Of a stretch of 64,000 bases of DNA, positions 14,909 through 27,107 are shown piece by piece. The stretch comes from Octopus sinensis (taxonomy: Eukaryota). The notes beneath the pieces are model-generated. The model saw nothing but the letters and a program-made list of their open reading frames with translations. It was not told the DNA's origin and did no database searches. The position numbers and the translations under genes are program-made. The DNA lies in contig NC_043010.1 in NCBI RefSeq assembly GCF_006345805.1, positions 55,676,001 to 55,740,000 on the forward strand, in the 5' to 3' direction. Numbering within the stretch: position 1 is the stretch's first letter; every line of letters starts with the position of its first letter.

Positions 14909-14912
14909 AATC

Positions 14913-16958
14913 ATGGCATTCTTTAGATTTCCGTTTGATTTCAACTTTACAGAAGACAATGGCTTGGGCAATACGACGGCCTATCCGTCTGGATTTGACC
15001 CTTACACAGAGCAAGTAACCTTTGATTTCTGGCGTTTCTCCCTTGAAAATGAAACTTTCAATGATTCAGCACAAAATAGCAAACTCCCGGTCTTCCCAGG
15101 TGCTGGTTTCCCAAGTGGTTACAGCTGGCCAACCATCATTATATCAACTTGTTTTGTAGTTGTCCTCGTCGTCCTAGTTGGATTGGGCAACTTGTTGGTT
15201 TGTATTGCAATTTACACGGACAAAAATTTGAAAATTACTCAAAATTCCTTCATAGCTTCTTTAGCTATTGCAGACATGTTGCTTGGCATTCTGGTAATGC
15301 CATTATCATGGAGCAACGAGATTTTAGGATATTGGTTTTTCGGTCCAGTTTTATGTGATTTGTGGTTATCAGTTGATGTTTTACTGTGCACAGCTTCCAT
15401 TTTAAATCTTGTTTTAATTAGTCTGGACCGTTACTGGTCAATCACAAGAGCTCTCCACTATCCTCAGCAAAGAACTCCCAAGAGAGCCGCTATAATGATT
15501 GCTATTGTATGGGTTTTGTCAGGCATTATATGTTTACCACCCCTAATTGGCTGGAAACAGCCACGACCAGAGGTAGAGACTCTCTATCCAATGTGCTTCT
15601 TAAGCGAAGATCTTGGATACGTACTATATTCTTCGTGCGGTTCTTTTTACATTCCAATGGTTATTATGGTTATAGTATATTTTCGAATTTATCTTGCTGC
15701 ATTGAGAAGGGCACGCGGCACATTTAAAAAGAATCCAAAAGAGGTTTGCCCAGAAACACCAAAAGAAAAAACGACTTCCTCTACTGCAACTAGTTTCACA
15801 ACACCACCCAAAAACAATAATCAGAAATCCATTACTACCAATGCTTCCTCACACGCAGCACCTAATTCCCTGAAAGAGACAAAGTCGGCTAATGCCAATG
15901 GTAATACAAACTGCATAGAAGTCAAGCCCGTTGATAAAGAAACCCCCATTCCCAACGAGACTACGGTGCCCGTCAAAGCAGATAATAAAATATTAACGGT
16001 GCCGGGACAGGAAAATGGACATAGTGCGTCCTTGCAGATTGAAGACGAGCAGCGCAACCTCATAAATACTGATTCAGATTCCGTTAGTATCCTGAATAAT
16101 AAAACGGCAACAAGTGACAGTGAAGTGGGTGAAATTCGACCACCAAATCAGCGTTTAGTATTAGTCACGGATACGGAATCTTCTATGGAATCACCTAAAA
16201 AAACTTGCGTCAAGGGAGACGTTTCCACTGAGTTAGAAACGGTGGAGGAAAACGCGAAGCCCTTATTAGCTGGTGACACTGATTCAACGACATATTATGA
16301 TTCCCCTTATTTATCGCCGGAAACTCAAATGACCGATACTGGAACATGTACGGAAATGAAGACTCCGAATGTAACCCGGAAGGAAACCAATCAGCTTCAA
16401 CCAGCCAATCAGGTTCATCACAGTGAAAACGAACTTCATGGTGAGAACCATGAGCAGGAGCAGGATTTACCGAGCACAAATGCCAATTCAGAAGGTTTAC
16501 CTTCGCCAAATGTCAAAGAAATTAATGATAAATCTCACAAGGATAAAAAGAAAAACAGAAAGAAAAAAGAGCATATCTTAATGACAAATTTCAAAAAGGG
16601 TCATAAAAATAAAGGGGACATAGACAAAAACCGCAAGGAGCAGACTTGGAAGGCTCCTTCGGCACGCGACGCGGAAAAACAAAAACGTCGAGTCGCAAAA
16701 GCGCGCGAACGGCGAGCCACCATTGTACTTGGCATAGTAATGGCGGCATTTATCTTGTGTTGGTGTCCGTTTTTCACGCTCTACGTTATTTCGGCATTCT
16801 GTGATGGTTGCATACCGATGCTGGTATTTGACATTTTCTTTTGGTTCGGTTACTGCAATTCAGCATTAAACCCAGTTATTTACACAGTGTTCAATCGAGA
16901 CTTTAAACATGCTTTTATTAAGATTCTATTCGGAAATAAGAATTTCAAAAGGCGATGA
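14913..16958 (+). CDS. ADRA2-like: Intronless class A aminergic GPCR, alpha2-adrenergic-like / Oct-alpha2R type, 681 aa
   Basis: ATG in agaatcATGg context; N-terminal sequons NFT/NTT/NET/NDS; TM2 [14 protein letters not shown]; TM3 [29 protein letters not shown] (D3.32, DRY); TM5 [10 protein letters not shown]; ICL3 ~340 aa; TM6 [27 protein letters not shown]; TM7 [27 protein letters not shown], close to vertebrate ADRA2 [20 protein letters not shown]. GPCR call is near certain; subtype about 0.75. Confidence 0.95.
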   Translation: [681 protein letters not shown]

Positions 16959-17013
16959 AAGACAAAAATATAAAGCTAACGTTACACGTATCACGTTGTC
17001 TAAGGAATGTACA

Positions 17014-17019
17014 AATAAA
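17014..17019 (+). terminator. Candidate polyadenylation signal AATAAA
   Basis: 56 nt after the stop codon. The hexamer is common in AT-rich DNA, so the 3' UTR could extend further. Confidence 0.3.
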
Positions 17020-17099
17020 ATGAAAATACAAACATTCTAAGAGGAACATTACAAAAGCAGTAAAGCTGTTGATATATCAATGCATAAAATTGTATACAG

Positions 17100-17226
<127 letters not shown>

Positions 17227-17579
17227 CAGATATATGTATATAACAGACCAATCTTTTGAAAAAAGCATGTCGAGATTTGGAAAAAGACAAACATTATGAT
17301 CAGCATATGTATATTATATATATGCGTGTGTCTGTGTGTGTGTGCGCGTATGAGAGTATGTATAAACGGTTATCTAATATATATTGATATATATATATAT
17401 GTGTGTAATTATATCTAGATGTGTGCGCGTACGTCTATATATATAGAGATGTGTATAAAAGTTTATATATACGTATAAATATATACATATATTAATATAT
17501 ATATATATACATATACATATTAATATATATATATATAGATATGTATATTTGTATACAGGTACATATACTTATGTATGTA

Positions 17580-17627
<48 letters not shown>

Positions 17628-18256
17628 ATATGTATAGAAATATATATATATATATATATATGTATATAAATATATATATATATATATTATACATACATAA
17701 TTTCCGCGTCAATTTGCGCACATTTACACAAAGATGTATAATATGCAGTGAGTTACTTTTGTTCTTTTATTCTTCAGATTTTTTGTCTTGTTTTTTTTAA
17801 AATTTTTTTTTAGGATGAGGAACTAAAGGATTATAAACCAAGATTTGACAGTAAGGAAAAAAAAACAAAAAAAAAAGTAACAGAGATGCAAAGCTGTAAA
17901 CAGAAGTTGAAAGCAATGATTTTTTTTTTTTTTTGTTTTCCGTTCGGAAAATTCATTGCAGATTTGATCTGTTATCGTTTGATCGGTGAACGATCTACAT
18001 GTGTGTTAATTTTTTTTTTTTAATTCTTATTATGATTACGATTATCTTTATTATTAATAATAATAATATTTTAACTGTTGAAATTATCATTAAAGTTTCT
18101 TTTTATTTGTTTTTACCTTCATTTATTTATCTTTTATTGTCGTTTTGTGTTATCTTTATTTGATTATGCTTTTGGTTGTTTGATGACGAAAACACTTTGT
18201 ATTATGTGTGTCAATATATATATATAATATATATATATATAATATATATATATATA

Positions 18257-18294
<38 letters not shown>

Positions 18295-18434
18295 GCATAC
18301 ACACACATACATACATATACATATTTATGCACACACACACACACAAATATATATATATTCATATATATATATATATGTAAATATATATATAAAGTATATT
18401 GCCTTGGTGTCTCTATTTCTAAAAAGAGCTGTAT

Positions 18435-18900
18435 ATTGGCAACAGAATCGGTCGAGCAACGGACAAGAATACTTTGCGGTGTTTAATTAAGTTACATTAT
18501 GTTCAGAGTTCAAATTTCTCCAATGTCAACTTTGCCTTTTAATGTTCCGGGTGTCGATAAAAAAAAATTAAGTACTTACAAATAAAGTACTAGAGAAAAT
18601 GTAAGCGGTTCTACGCCCACGAGTGGCAGTAACATATTGAGTCTTTGTATCTCTGGGTTCGGATCCAGTATGCTTTTACGAAGTTCAGCCAAAGGTGGTA
18701 TTTTAGCAGAAACAAAAAAAAACTGAATTAGGAGGGACACTGCGGAGGTATATAATTACCTCCCTTTACGTTTCTGCGTTTTAATGCTACCGGGTTAAAA
18801 CGTTCGAATTTTTTCCTCATATCCTTCCGGGCTCGATAAAAATAAGTACGTTATGTACTAAGGTCGATTTGACCGACTGTAACCTCTCTTCTTCCAAGTT
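18435..18900 (+). mobile_element. Two decayed Deu/Nin-like SINE copies
   Basis: gttcaaatt..gtcaactttgcctttt..gtcgataaaa..aagtac and a second cttccgggctcgataaaaataagtacg core. Confidence 0.6.
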
Positions 18901-19245
18901 TGTTTTTGTGACATTGCGCATATAATAGAAATTATTGTCATTGTTTATATTCAATCAACTTTAGGAGGTTAGCATCCGCTAGAATCGTTCCAGCGAAAGA
19001 TATTATTCGTCATAAACGATTTTGCCTTTGTATCATCCAAAGTTGATAAGAATACCTGTAATATACTGTGATGGACTCTGATAACTGTTTTAACCCCTCC
19101 CCTTGTACATTTGAATCCTTGCATCTGTTAAAGAAATGTATATTATGATTATCATTATACTTGCTATTATTAATGATTATTATTGTTATTATTGTTTCAT
19201 TATTGTTATTATTATTATTTTATTACTGTTGTCGTTGTTGGTATA

Positions 19246-19281
<36 letters not shown>

Positions 19282-20117
19282 TACATTATTAATCATATTC
19301 ATTTTATTTATTGTCATTGAAATTTAATCCATTTTGTATCTATTGGAAAGCGTATTTAATCTTGCTGTAACAAATATTTGGAGTTAAAATTCCTAGAGAT
19401 TGAGTCTAGTCCTGGATACGACGTATTTGTGGTTGCTGGATACAGTCTTAACGTCATATATTTTTTTTGTACGTATAATGAGGTTCTGTTTGCGTGAGTT
19501 TTTTTTTTGTGATTTCGAAAAAATAACTTTATCTTAATCGCATTAACATTGAGCTTAAGTCTTCAAACTTTTATATTTTTCATCGGCATCAATGAACTCA
19601 ATATCCAATCAATTTGAACTATATATCGTACACACGATTTCTCTGCGGTTATATGTGTGTGTGTGTGCGTGAGCATGTTTGTCTGTCTGTGACTGTGTGC
19701 TTGTGTATCTGTGTGGTGTGTCACCAGCTGCTATAAGTTCAAGTCTCGGGTTACTTTACAAAAGCTAAGCATACAACCAACATCAAAACAATGAATTTTT
19801 TATGTCATCAGCTCCGATGGATTTAAGCCCACGTATCCCTGGTTACATTATAACTTAGTTAAGTGATTATCTTTCATAAACATCTCTGAGTTCATTGCTT
19901 CATATTTTTAATTACATTATCTTATATATCATATGTATATATATTATAAATATACTTTAAATATATAAATATTTTTCAACGTATAATATATAACTATATG
20001 GTATTATAAATATATTTTATATATATTATAGATATAAAATACATTAACATGTTAGAAATGTTTGATACTTATATACTTATATAAGTATATTATAAAACTA
20101 TAATATATAGCTATATT

Positions 20118-20461
20118 CGTTGTGGCACTCCGTCGGTTACGACGACGTGGGTTCCAGCTGATCCGATCAACAGAACAGCTAGCTCGTGAAATTAACGTGC
20201 AAGTAGCTGAGCATTCCACAAACACGTGTAACTCAACGTAGTTCTCTGGAAGATTCAGCATGTCTCAGAATGTGACAAGAATGGTCCTTTGAAATTCAGG
20301 TACAACAGAAACAAGAAGAAAGAGTGAGAGAAGGTTGTGTTGAAAGAGCAGAACTTTAGACGATTTCGCTCAATAAGCAATCACAGCACCCGATCTGCAA
20401 TCGAAACTGCTATCCTACGACCGTGAGACTTGTCCTAACTACAGGCCCATTGCGCCTCCAC
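20118..20461 (-). mobile_element. tRNA-derived SINE (ggaggcgcaatgg head, tail type A)
   Basis: A/B-box head; body shared with the 30020 copy; 11-bp TSD atagctatatt at 20107-20117 and 20462-20472. Confidence 0.9.
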
Positions 20462-20645
20462 ATAGCTATATTATAACATAAATATATTATAAATATATTA
20501 TATGTATATAATACATAAGAGTATAGAAATTTAATATATAATTATATCATGAAAATATATTCAAATATATTATAAATATATTATATTATTACTTTATAAA
20601 CGTATAACATAAATATGTTTGAATTAGATAATTATATAATAAATA

Positions 20646-21176
20646 CGAGGGTGAGTCCAAGAGTAATGCCATTTTGCATAATTATCAACACAGGAACATG
20701 TATCATACATCAAAATGAAGCAGGTCCTCTGGGGTTTACATCCCTACTTCTCAACACAGTCACCGTTTTTCTCGATGGCAATGTTCCATCGTCGAATGAG
20801 AGCATGTATCCCTGGCCCGAAAAATTCTGTTAACTGTTCTTTGAGCCACTTCGTAACTACAGTTTTCACTTCATCGTCACTGGAATAATGTTTGCCTCTC
20901 AAGCCCTCTTTCACGGGGCCGAAGATTATTCCAGTGACGACGAAGTGAAACCTGTAGTGAAGAAGTGGCTCAAAGAACAGTCAACAGAATTTTACGGAGC
21001 AGGGATACGTGCTCTCATTCGAGAAACGGTATTGCTATTGAGAGAAACGGTAACTATGTTGAGAAGTAGAGATGTGATCCAGAAAACCAGCTTCATTTTG
21101 GCGTATGATACTTGTTCTTGTGTTGGTAATTATACCTGTCCTAAACAAAACGGCATTACTTTTTCACTCACCCTCG
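20646..21176. mobile_element. Mariner-derived foldback MITE
   Basis: TIR cgagggtgagtccaagagtaatgccattttg / caaaacggcattactttttcactcaccctcg with TA flanks; both arms contain the mariner transposase C-terminus (YSSDDEVKPVVKKWLKEQSTEFY). Confidence 0.85.
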
Positions 21177-21592
21177 TATATGACATACAAATATACTATA
21201 ATATATGGATATATAATATATTAATGTATAATATAAATATATTATAGATAAATAATGTCATCAGTTTCCCTAATAAAATTATCAAAGTTTCTAATCATAA
21301 AACGTACTAGGCAATGTTTTCAGTTTTATACCAATAGCACCTAAATAATCAATGACAAAACATTCTAGCTATGCAATATTGTACGTAACTTCAATTTAAG
21401 ACATTTATAAATCTCGCGGGCATTTATTAATTCAATGTCACATTGACTTAGCCGATAGTGCAAAGTATAAGTTTTCCATCAATTCTACATATGCATCATA
21501 CTTAGATAATGCTAAGGCATTTTCAACTCCAAAATATATTAAACAGCAACAATGAATACGTTTTCCACTCTTGCGAACAAACACATAGACAC

Positions 21593-21674
<82 letters not shown>

Positions 21675-21910
21675 ATATATATAATGCATGTATTTATGTG
21701 TGTATTCGTATATTTATGTATAAATACATAAAATAAACGGCGGAGATGTTTCAGCCTACACAGAGGCTACAGAGTTTCAACGATGTTTTACAATCTCCTC
21801 TAAATCCAGCATTGTCATGGATTTAGAAGAGCTAGAACAATCTCTCTGTAGCCACCCCACTCATCAGATGTTTCGGGATATGGGGAACCATCTCTGACGT
21901 CTATTTTCAC

Positions 21911-21919
<9 letters not shown>

Positions 21920-21979
<60 letters not shown>

Positions 21980-22121
21980 GAAGGTTGAGATATACATATA
22001 TTGAAATATATATATATTTATATGCATGTATACATATATATATTTATATACATATTTGTATATATATATATTGATATATATATTTCTGTATATATTTATT
22101 TATATATTTATATACATCAAC

Positions 22122-22158
<37 letters not shown>

Positions 22159-22354
22159 TATATAAATTTATATATATATATTCATATGTATATACATATA
22201 TATATATAAATATATATATATATACATATATATAAATATATATACATACATATATATATGTGCATGTATCTATATAACACATGTATAGATGTATATATAC
22301 ACACATATGTATTTATGTATATATATTTCAGTATATATATATACATAGGTATAT

Positions 22355-22400
<46 letters not shown>

Positions 22401-22742
22401 AATATTTATATATCTGTATATATATATATTATATATTTGTATTTGTATATATATTGATGTGTATATATTTAAATATATATACATATCTATATTTATATAT
22501 ATATATATATATTATATATATATATATATGTGTATATATGCATACATATATACATATATATCAATATAATATCGATATAGATATATATATATATGTGTAT
22601 ATAAATATATATACATAAATGAATATTTATATATATATATATTGTGTGTATATATAAATATATATATATATTATAAACATATATATATATAATATGTGTA
22701 TATAAATATATATATATATATAAACATATATATATATGTGTG

Positions 22743-22821
<79 letters not shown>

Positions 22822-22900
22822 AAATGTATATATAAATATACATAAATATATATAAATACATATATATATATATATATATGTACCTGCATATGTTTATATA
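21920..22900. repeat. Degenerate (TA)n tract, ~1 kb
   Basis: Directly visible; similar tracts at 31200-31550, 32270-32730, 53390-53970 and 54545-54945. Confidence 0.95.
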
Positions 22901-23370
22901 TATGCATTTATATATGTATGTATATACAAGAAATTGGTTTATTTGCTGCATGGTGCATCTCCTGATTATTTGTATGTTAATAAATTATTATGAAATTTAG
23001 CTGAATAAAACCTGACAAATGAATTAATGGAGTGAGAATAATAACGATAACAAGAATAATAATAATAATAACAATGCTTATTGTTGCGGTTAATTGTAAT
23101 AATGAACGTTAAGTCTGTTGGTAGTTTGAATGATTCCGTTTCAGGTACAAGTGAAGAAGATAATGACTATCGTCGTCATAGGAAGAAGATGAAACGAGGG
23201 GCGGTAACCCTTCTTTTTGCTTGTGAGTTTAATTATGATTGGGATTGTGTGGAGCACAGCGACGACGACGACAACGATTATGATGATGAGGATTATGATG
23301 GTGATGATGATGATGATGATGTTGGGGAGGAGGAGGAGAATTAGGAGGAAGAGGAGGAGGAGGAGGAGGA

Positions 23371-23845
23371 GGCGGGTAGAGATGACACTATTTTGGTCAG
23401 AATGGAGACCATCGGTGGTTATGGTAAGTGTTGGTAATAATGACGACGATGATGATGATGTGGAGTAGGAGGAGGAGGAGAAGGAAGATGAGGAGGAGGA
23501 GGAGGAAGATGAGGACGAGGAAGATGGGGAAGAGGAAGAGGAGGAGGAGGCGGCGGGTAGAGATGACACTATTTTGGTCAGAATGGAAACCATCGATGGT
23601 TATGGTAAGTGTTGGTAATAATGACGACGATGATGATGATGTGGAGGAGGAGGAGGAGGAGGAGAAGGAAGATGAGGAGGAGGAGGAGGAAGATGAGGAG
23701 GAGGAAGATGGGGAAGAGGAAGAGGAGGAGGAGGCGGCGGGTAGAGATGACACTATTTTGGTCAGAATGGAAACCATCGATGGTTATGGTAAATGTTGGT
23801 AATAATGACGACGATGATGATGATGTGGAGGAGGAGGAAGAGGAA

Positions 23846-23877
<32 letters not shown>

Positions 23878-24090
23878 GGTGGAGGAGGAGAAGGAGGCGG
23901 GCAGAGATGATGCTATTTTGGTCAGAATGGAGACCATCGGTGGTTATGGTAAGTGTTGGTAATAATGACGACGATGATGATGATGTGGAGAAGGAGGAGG
24001 AGGAGGAAGATGATGATGATGAGGAGGAGGAAGATGATGATGATGAGGAGGAGGAGGAGGCGGGTAAGTGTTGGTAATAATGACGACGAC
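23371..24090. repeat. Composite minisatellite: ~75-bp core x4 plus a partial copy, separated by GAT/GAG microsatellite spacers
   Basis: ggcgggtagagatgacactattttggtcagaatggagaccatcggtggttatggtaagtgttggtaataatgacgacg starts at 23371, 23552, 23736, 23896; partial copy at ~24060. Confidence 0.92.
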
Positions 24091-24389
24091 GACGACGCCG
24101 ATGACAAGGAAGAGGAGGAAGAAGAGGTGGAGGTTGAAATGTAGGAGAAGGAAGACCAAGTGGGTGCTCATTACAAAGGGTATTTTTGATCGTGACGTTT
24201 AGGATGGAATTCACACTGGAAATGTTATTCTGTGTGATGATGTTGCTTTTGATCAACGTAATGAACTCTAGAAGAGAAGCGATGATGATGATGATGATGA
24301 TGTTTTGTTCGCAACAATAATACTGGAAATGCTGTAGACTATTTTAAAGATATAGTCTTAGTTATTGTACTCATATAATAATAATAATA

Positions 24390-24488
<99 letters not shown>

Positions 24489-24510
24489 TGATGATAATAA
24501 TAATAATAAT

Positions 24511-25104
24511 GTACGCCACTAGCCCAGAAGGAATATAAGAGACGCCACGACAATATAGCCAGGCTTGTAAATTGGACACTTTGCATCAAGTATGGACTTG
24601 ACAGAGCAAAAAATTAGTATGACCACAAACCTTAAGGTAATGTCGAAAATAGAAATGCAAAGATCCTATGGGATTTTATGATTCAGTACGACCATGAGAT
24701 AGAGAATAGGAAGGCGGACATAGTCTTAATTGAGAAAGAAAACAAACTATGCTGGATCATAGACATAGCAAGCCCAGCTAATAACAAAGTATGCGATAAG
24801 GAAGAAAGAAATCTTGAGAGAAATAACAGGTTAGCTTGGGAATTTAAGCAGTTGTGGTTGATGAAAAAGGTAGCAATAGTACCAATAATTGTCGGAGCCC
24901 TGGGAACAGTGAGCAAAAATTTCGAGAAGTACGTGGAACCAATAGGGGCTACATTAAGTGTGGAGCACTTGCAGAAAACAGCCCTGCTTGGAACCGCTCG
25001 AATACTCCGGAAGGTGCTCGAAAATAAGAGGTCTTACCTTACTTCACTGGTAGTGAACAGCTGACACTGTAGTAAATCTCCAGTGTTAGAAGCAGTGGAA
25101 AGGC

Positions 25105-25105
<1 letters not shown>
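24511..25105 (+). mobile_element. 5'-truncated R4/Dong-like RLE retrotransposon
   Basis: RRHDNIARLV..LC.KYGL, KILWDFMIQYDHEIENRKADIVLIEK, WIIDIASP, IVPIIVGALG, LQKTALLGTARILRKVLE; (AAT)n on both flanks. Confidence 0.88.
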
Positions 25106-25185
<80 letters not shown>

Positions 25186-25199
25186 AATGATAATAAAAT

Positions 25200-25745
25200 G
25201 TTCTGATGCAGTACCAGGCAGTGGCTCTCATGGTTTCTCATCTTAACTGATTGGAAGTGTTATCAGGTACATTGTTTTGTCTTGGTATAAAAGATGAGCT
25301 ACAGTAAATATTCTTCACCATGCCACAGATTTGCTCGTAAGTTGCTTGACCTTAACCACTTGAGCATGTCCCTTAGTGGCTGACGATATGTGCATTTCTG
25401 ATCGCGAACAGAAGTTGTGGGAAAGAATCTTAACCATGTGTTGAGAGGAATTCTGTGGATTTTGGATAATTCACCTTTGGAAACATCGGTATTTTGTTCA
25501 ACGTCCTAAAACAACCCTTATTCAGGGATTTTTGTGCAGGATGGGCTGCTCAATTCTAAGAAACTTCTAACTGGTCTCCACCTACAAGGTCATGCGCTGT
25601 TTATCTTGATATGTCGCGCACATATGTTTGTGAATCATGTGCCTGGTGTACCTTTATCAGACGGGTAGTCATGATGGGTATACTGGGCTTCGTATATTTT
25701 ACCCCAGCGTCACTTTGAGGGCATGCACTGCTCTCTAACTCAATA
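25200..25745. mobile_element. Unclassified interspersed repeat between (AAT)n tracts
   Basis: 25205-25500 is clearly homologous to 45360-45612; its left end is the monomer of the 30-bp array. No protein motif recognised. Confidence 0.7.
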
Positions 25746-25801
25746 AAACTAATAATAATAATAACAACAACAACAACAACAATAACAACAATAACAATAA
25801 C

Positions 25802-25842
<41 letters not shown>

Positions 25843-25867
25843 CAACAACAACAATAACAACAATAAC

Positions 25868-25911
<44 letters not shown>

Positions 25912-25933
25912 CAACAACAATAACAACAATAAC

Positions 25934-25974
<41 letters not shown>

Positions 25975-26020
25975 TAATAATAATAATAATAACAACAACA
26001 ACAACAACAACAACAATAAC

Positions 26021-26065
<45 letters not shown>

Positions 26066-26317
26066 CACTAGCGGTGGTGCCCCAGCATGGCTGCGGCCTT
26101 CGGGCTAAAACATTTCTAAGGATCTAAGGATCCATCCATGAATTGATTTATTTATTAATTTTTAAATACATATTTTACCTGTGAATTTGCGCGTGTAATC
26201 TGGGAATGCATACAATGAGCTTCTCTGCCCTGGGTGTACGGAAAACACTCGGCGAGAAACGGAAGAAAATTTGAAGAAAGAAGGAAAAAAAATTTTTTTA
26301 ATAATAATAATAATACT

Positions 26318-26430
26318 TGGCATTACTTGGAACTGCATGCATATTGCGTAAAATGCTGTCTGTCTCAAGTCCTTGCTGTGACTTGACAAACACTAAAAAC
26401 CCCGGTGGACACATCTTCAATCAACAACGT
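26318..26430 (+). mobile_element. Very short R4/Dong-like 3' end
   Basis: ALLGTACILRKMLS immediately after (AAT)5. Confidence 0.6.
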
Positions 26431-26831
26431 CATGATATTTTATTTTTCATGTGGCTGAGAATTCATCCAAAATGGAGATGTGTACCATCACTTCCGTGTG
26501 CCACACATGAACAATTGTGAAAATCTCTCCAATTAAAATCTTTACTTGCCTTGTTATCCCACAAATAAAGAATGTTTGTCTACCACTGCGCGGTTTGTAT
26601 ACTACTGCACTCTCCATCACGCGTAAGCGTGAATTATTTAAACATATTATCCTGAGTTAAGACTGATATGTGCAAGAATACATTTAATTGGAAATGGATT
26701 TGCATTTTATGTATAACGATACATAATTATCTGCGAATATGTACGCATCTGTATGTATACATAAACACACGAAAACACACACACACACACACACACACAA
26801 ATAGGTAGATAAATAAATAAATAAATAAATT

Positions 26832-26887
<56 letters not shown>

Positions 26888-27062
26888 TGTTACTTTGTTA
26901 GACACACAGTGCTGAACACAGAAGGGACAAGTTACAAAGTAGAGCTTTTCTATTTGGAGAGAAAAATAAATTAAAAAATGAAAATAAAAAAGGGGTAGGT
27001 TTTCCATCAAAAGGGATCGGAAAAAAGAAAACAAGATATATATTTATAGATAGATAGATAGG

Positions 27063-27107
<45 letters not shown>

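Noticed and set aside
14883-14912. Receptor start at 14883 as given by the ORF track
   Set aside because: That codon is TTG; the first in-frame ATG, in good Kozak context, is at 14913.
23371-24090. CRISPR-like repeat-spacer array or an acidic/Arg-rich protein exon
   Set aside because: Spacers are related microsatellites, the core is ~75 bp, and the frame shifts between units with in-frame stops.
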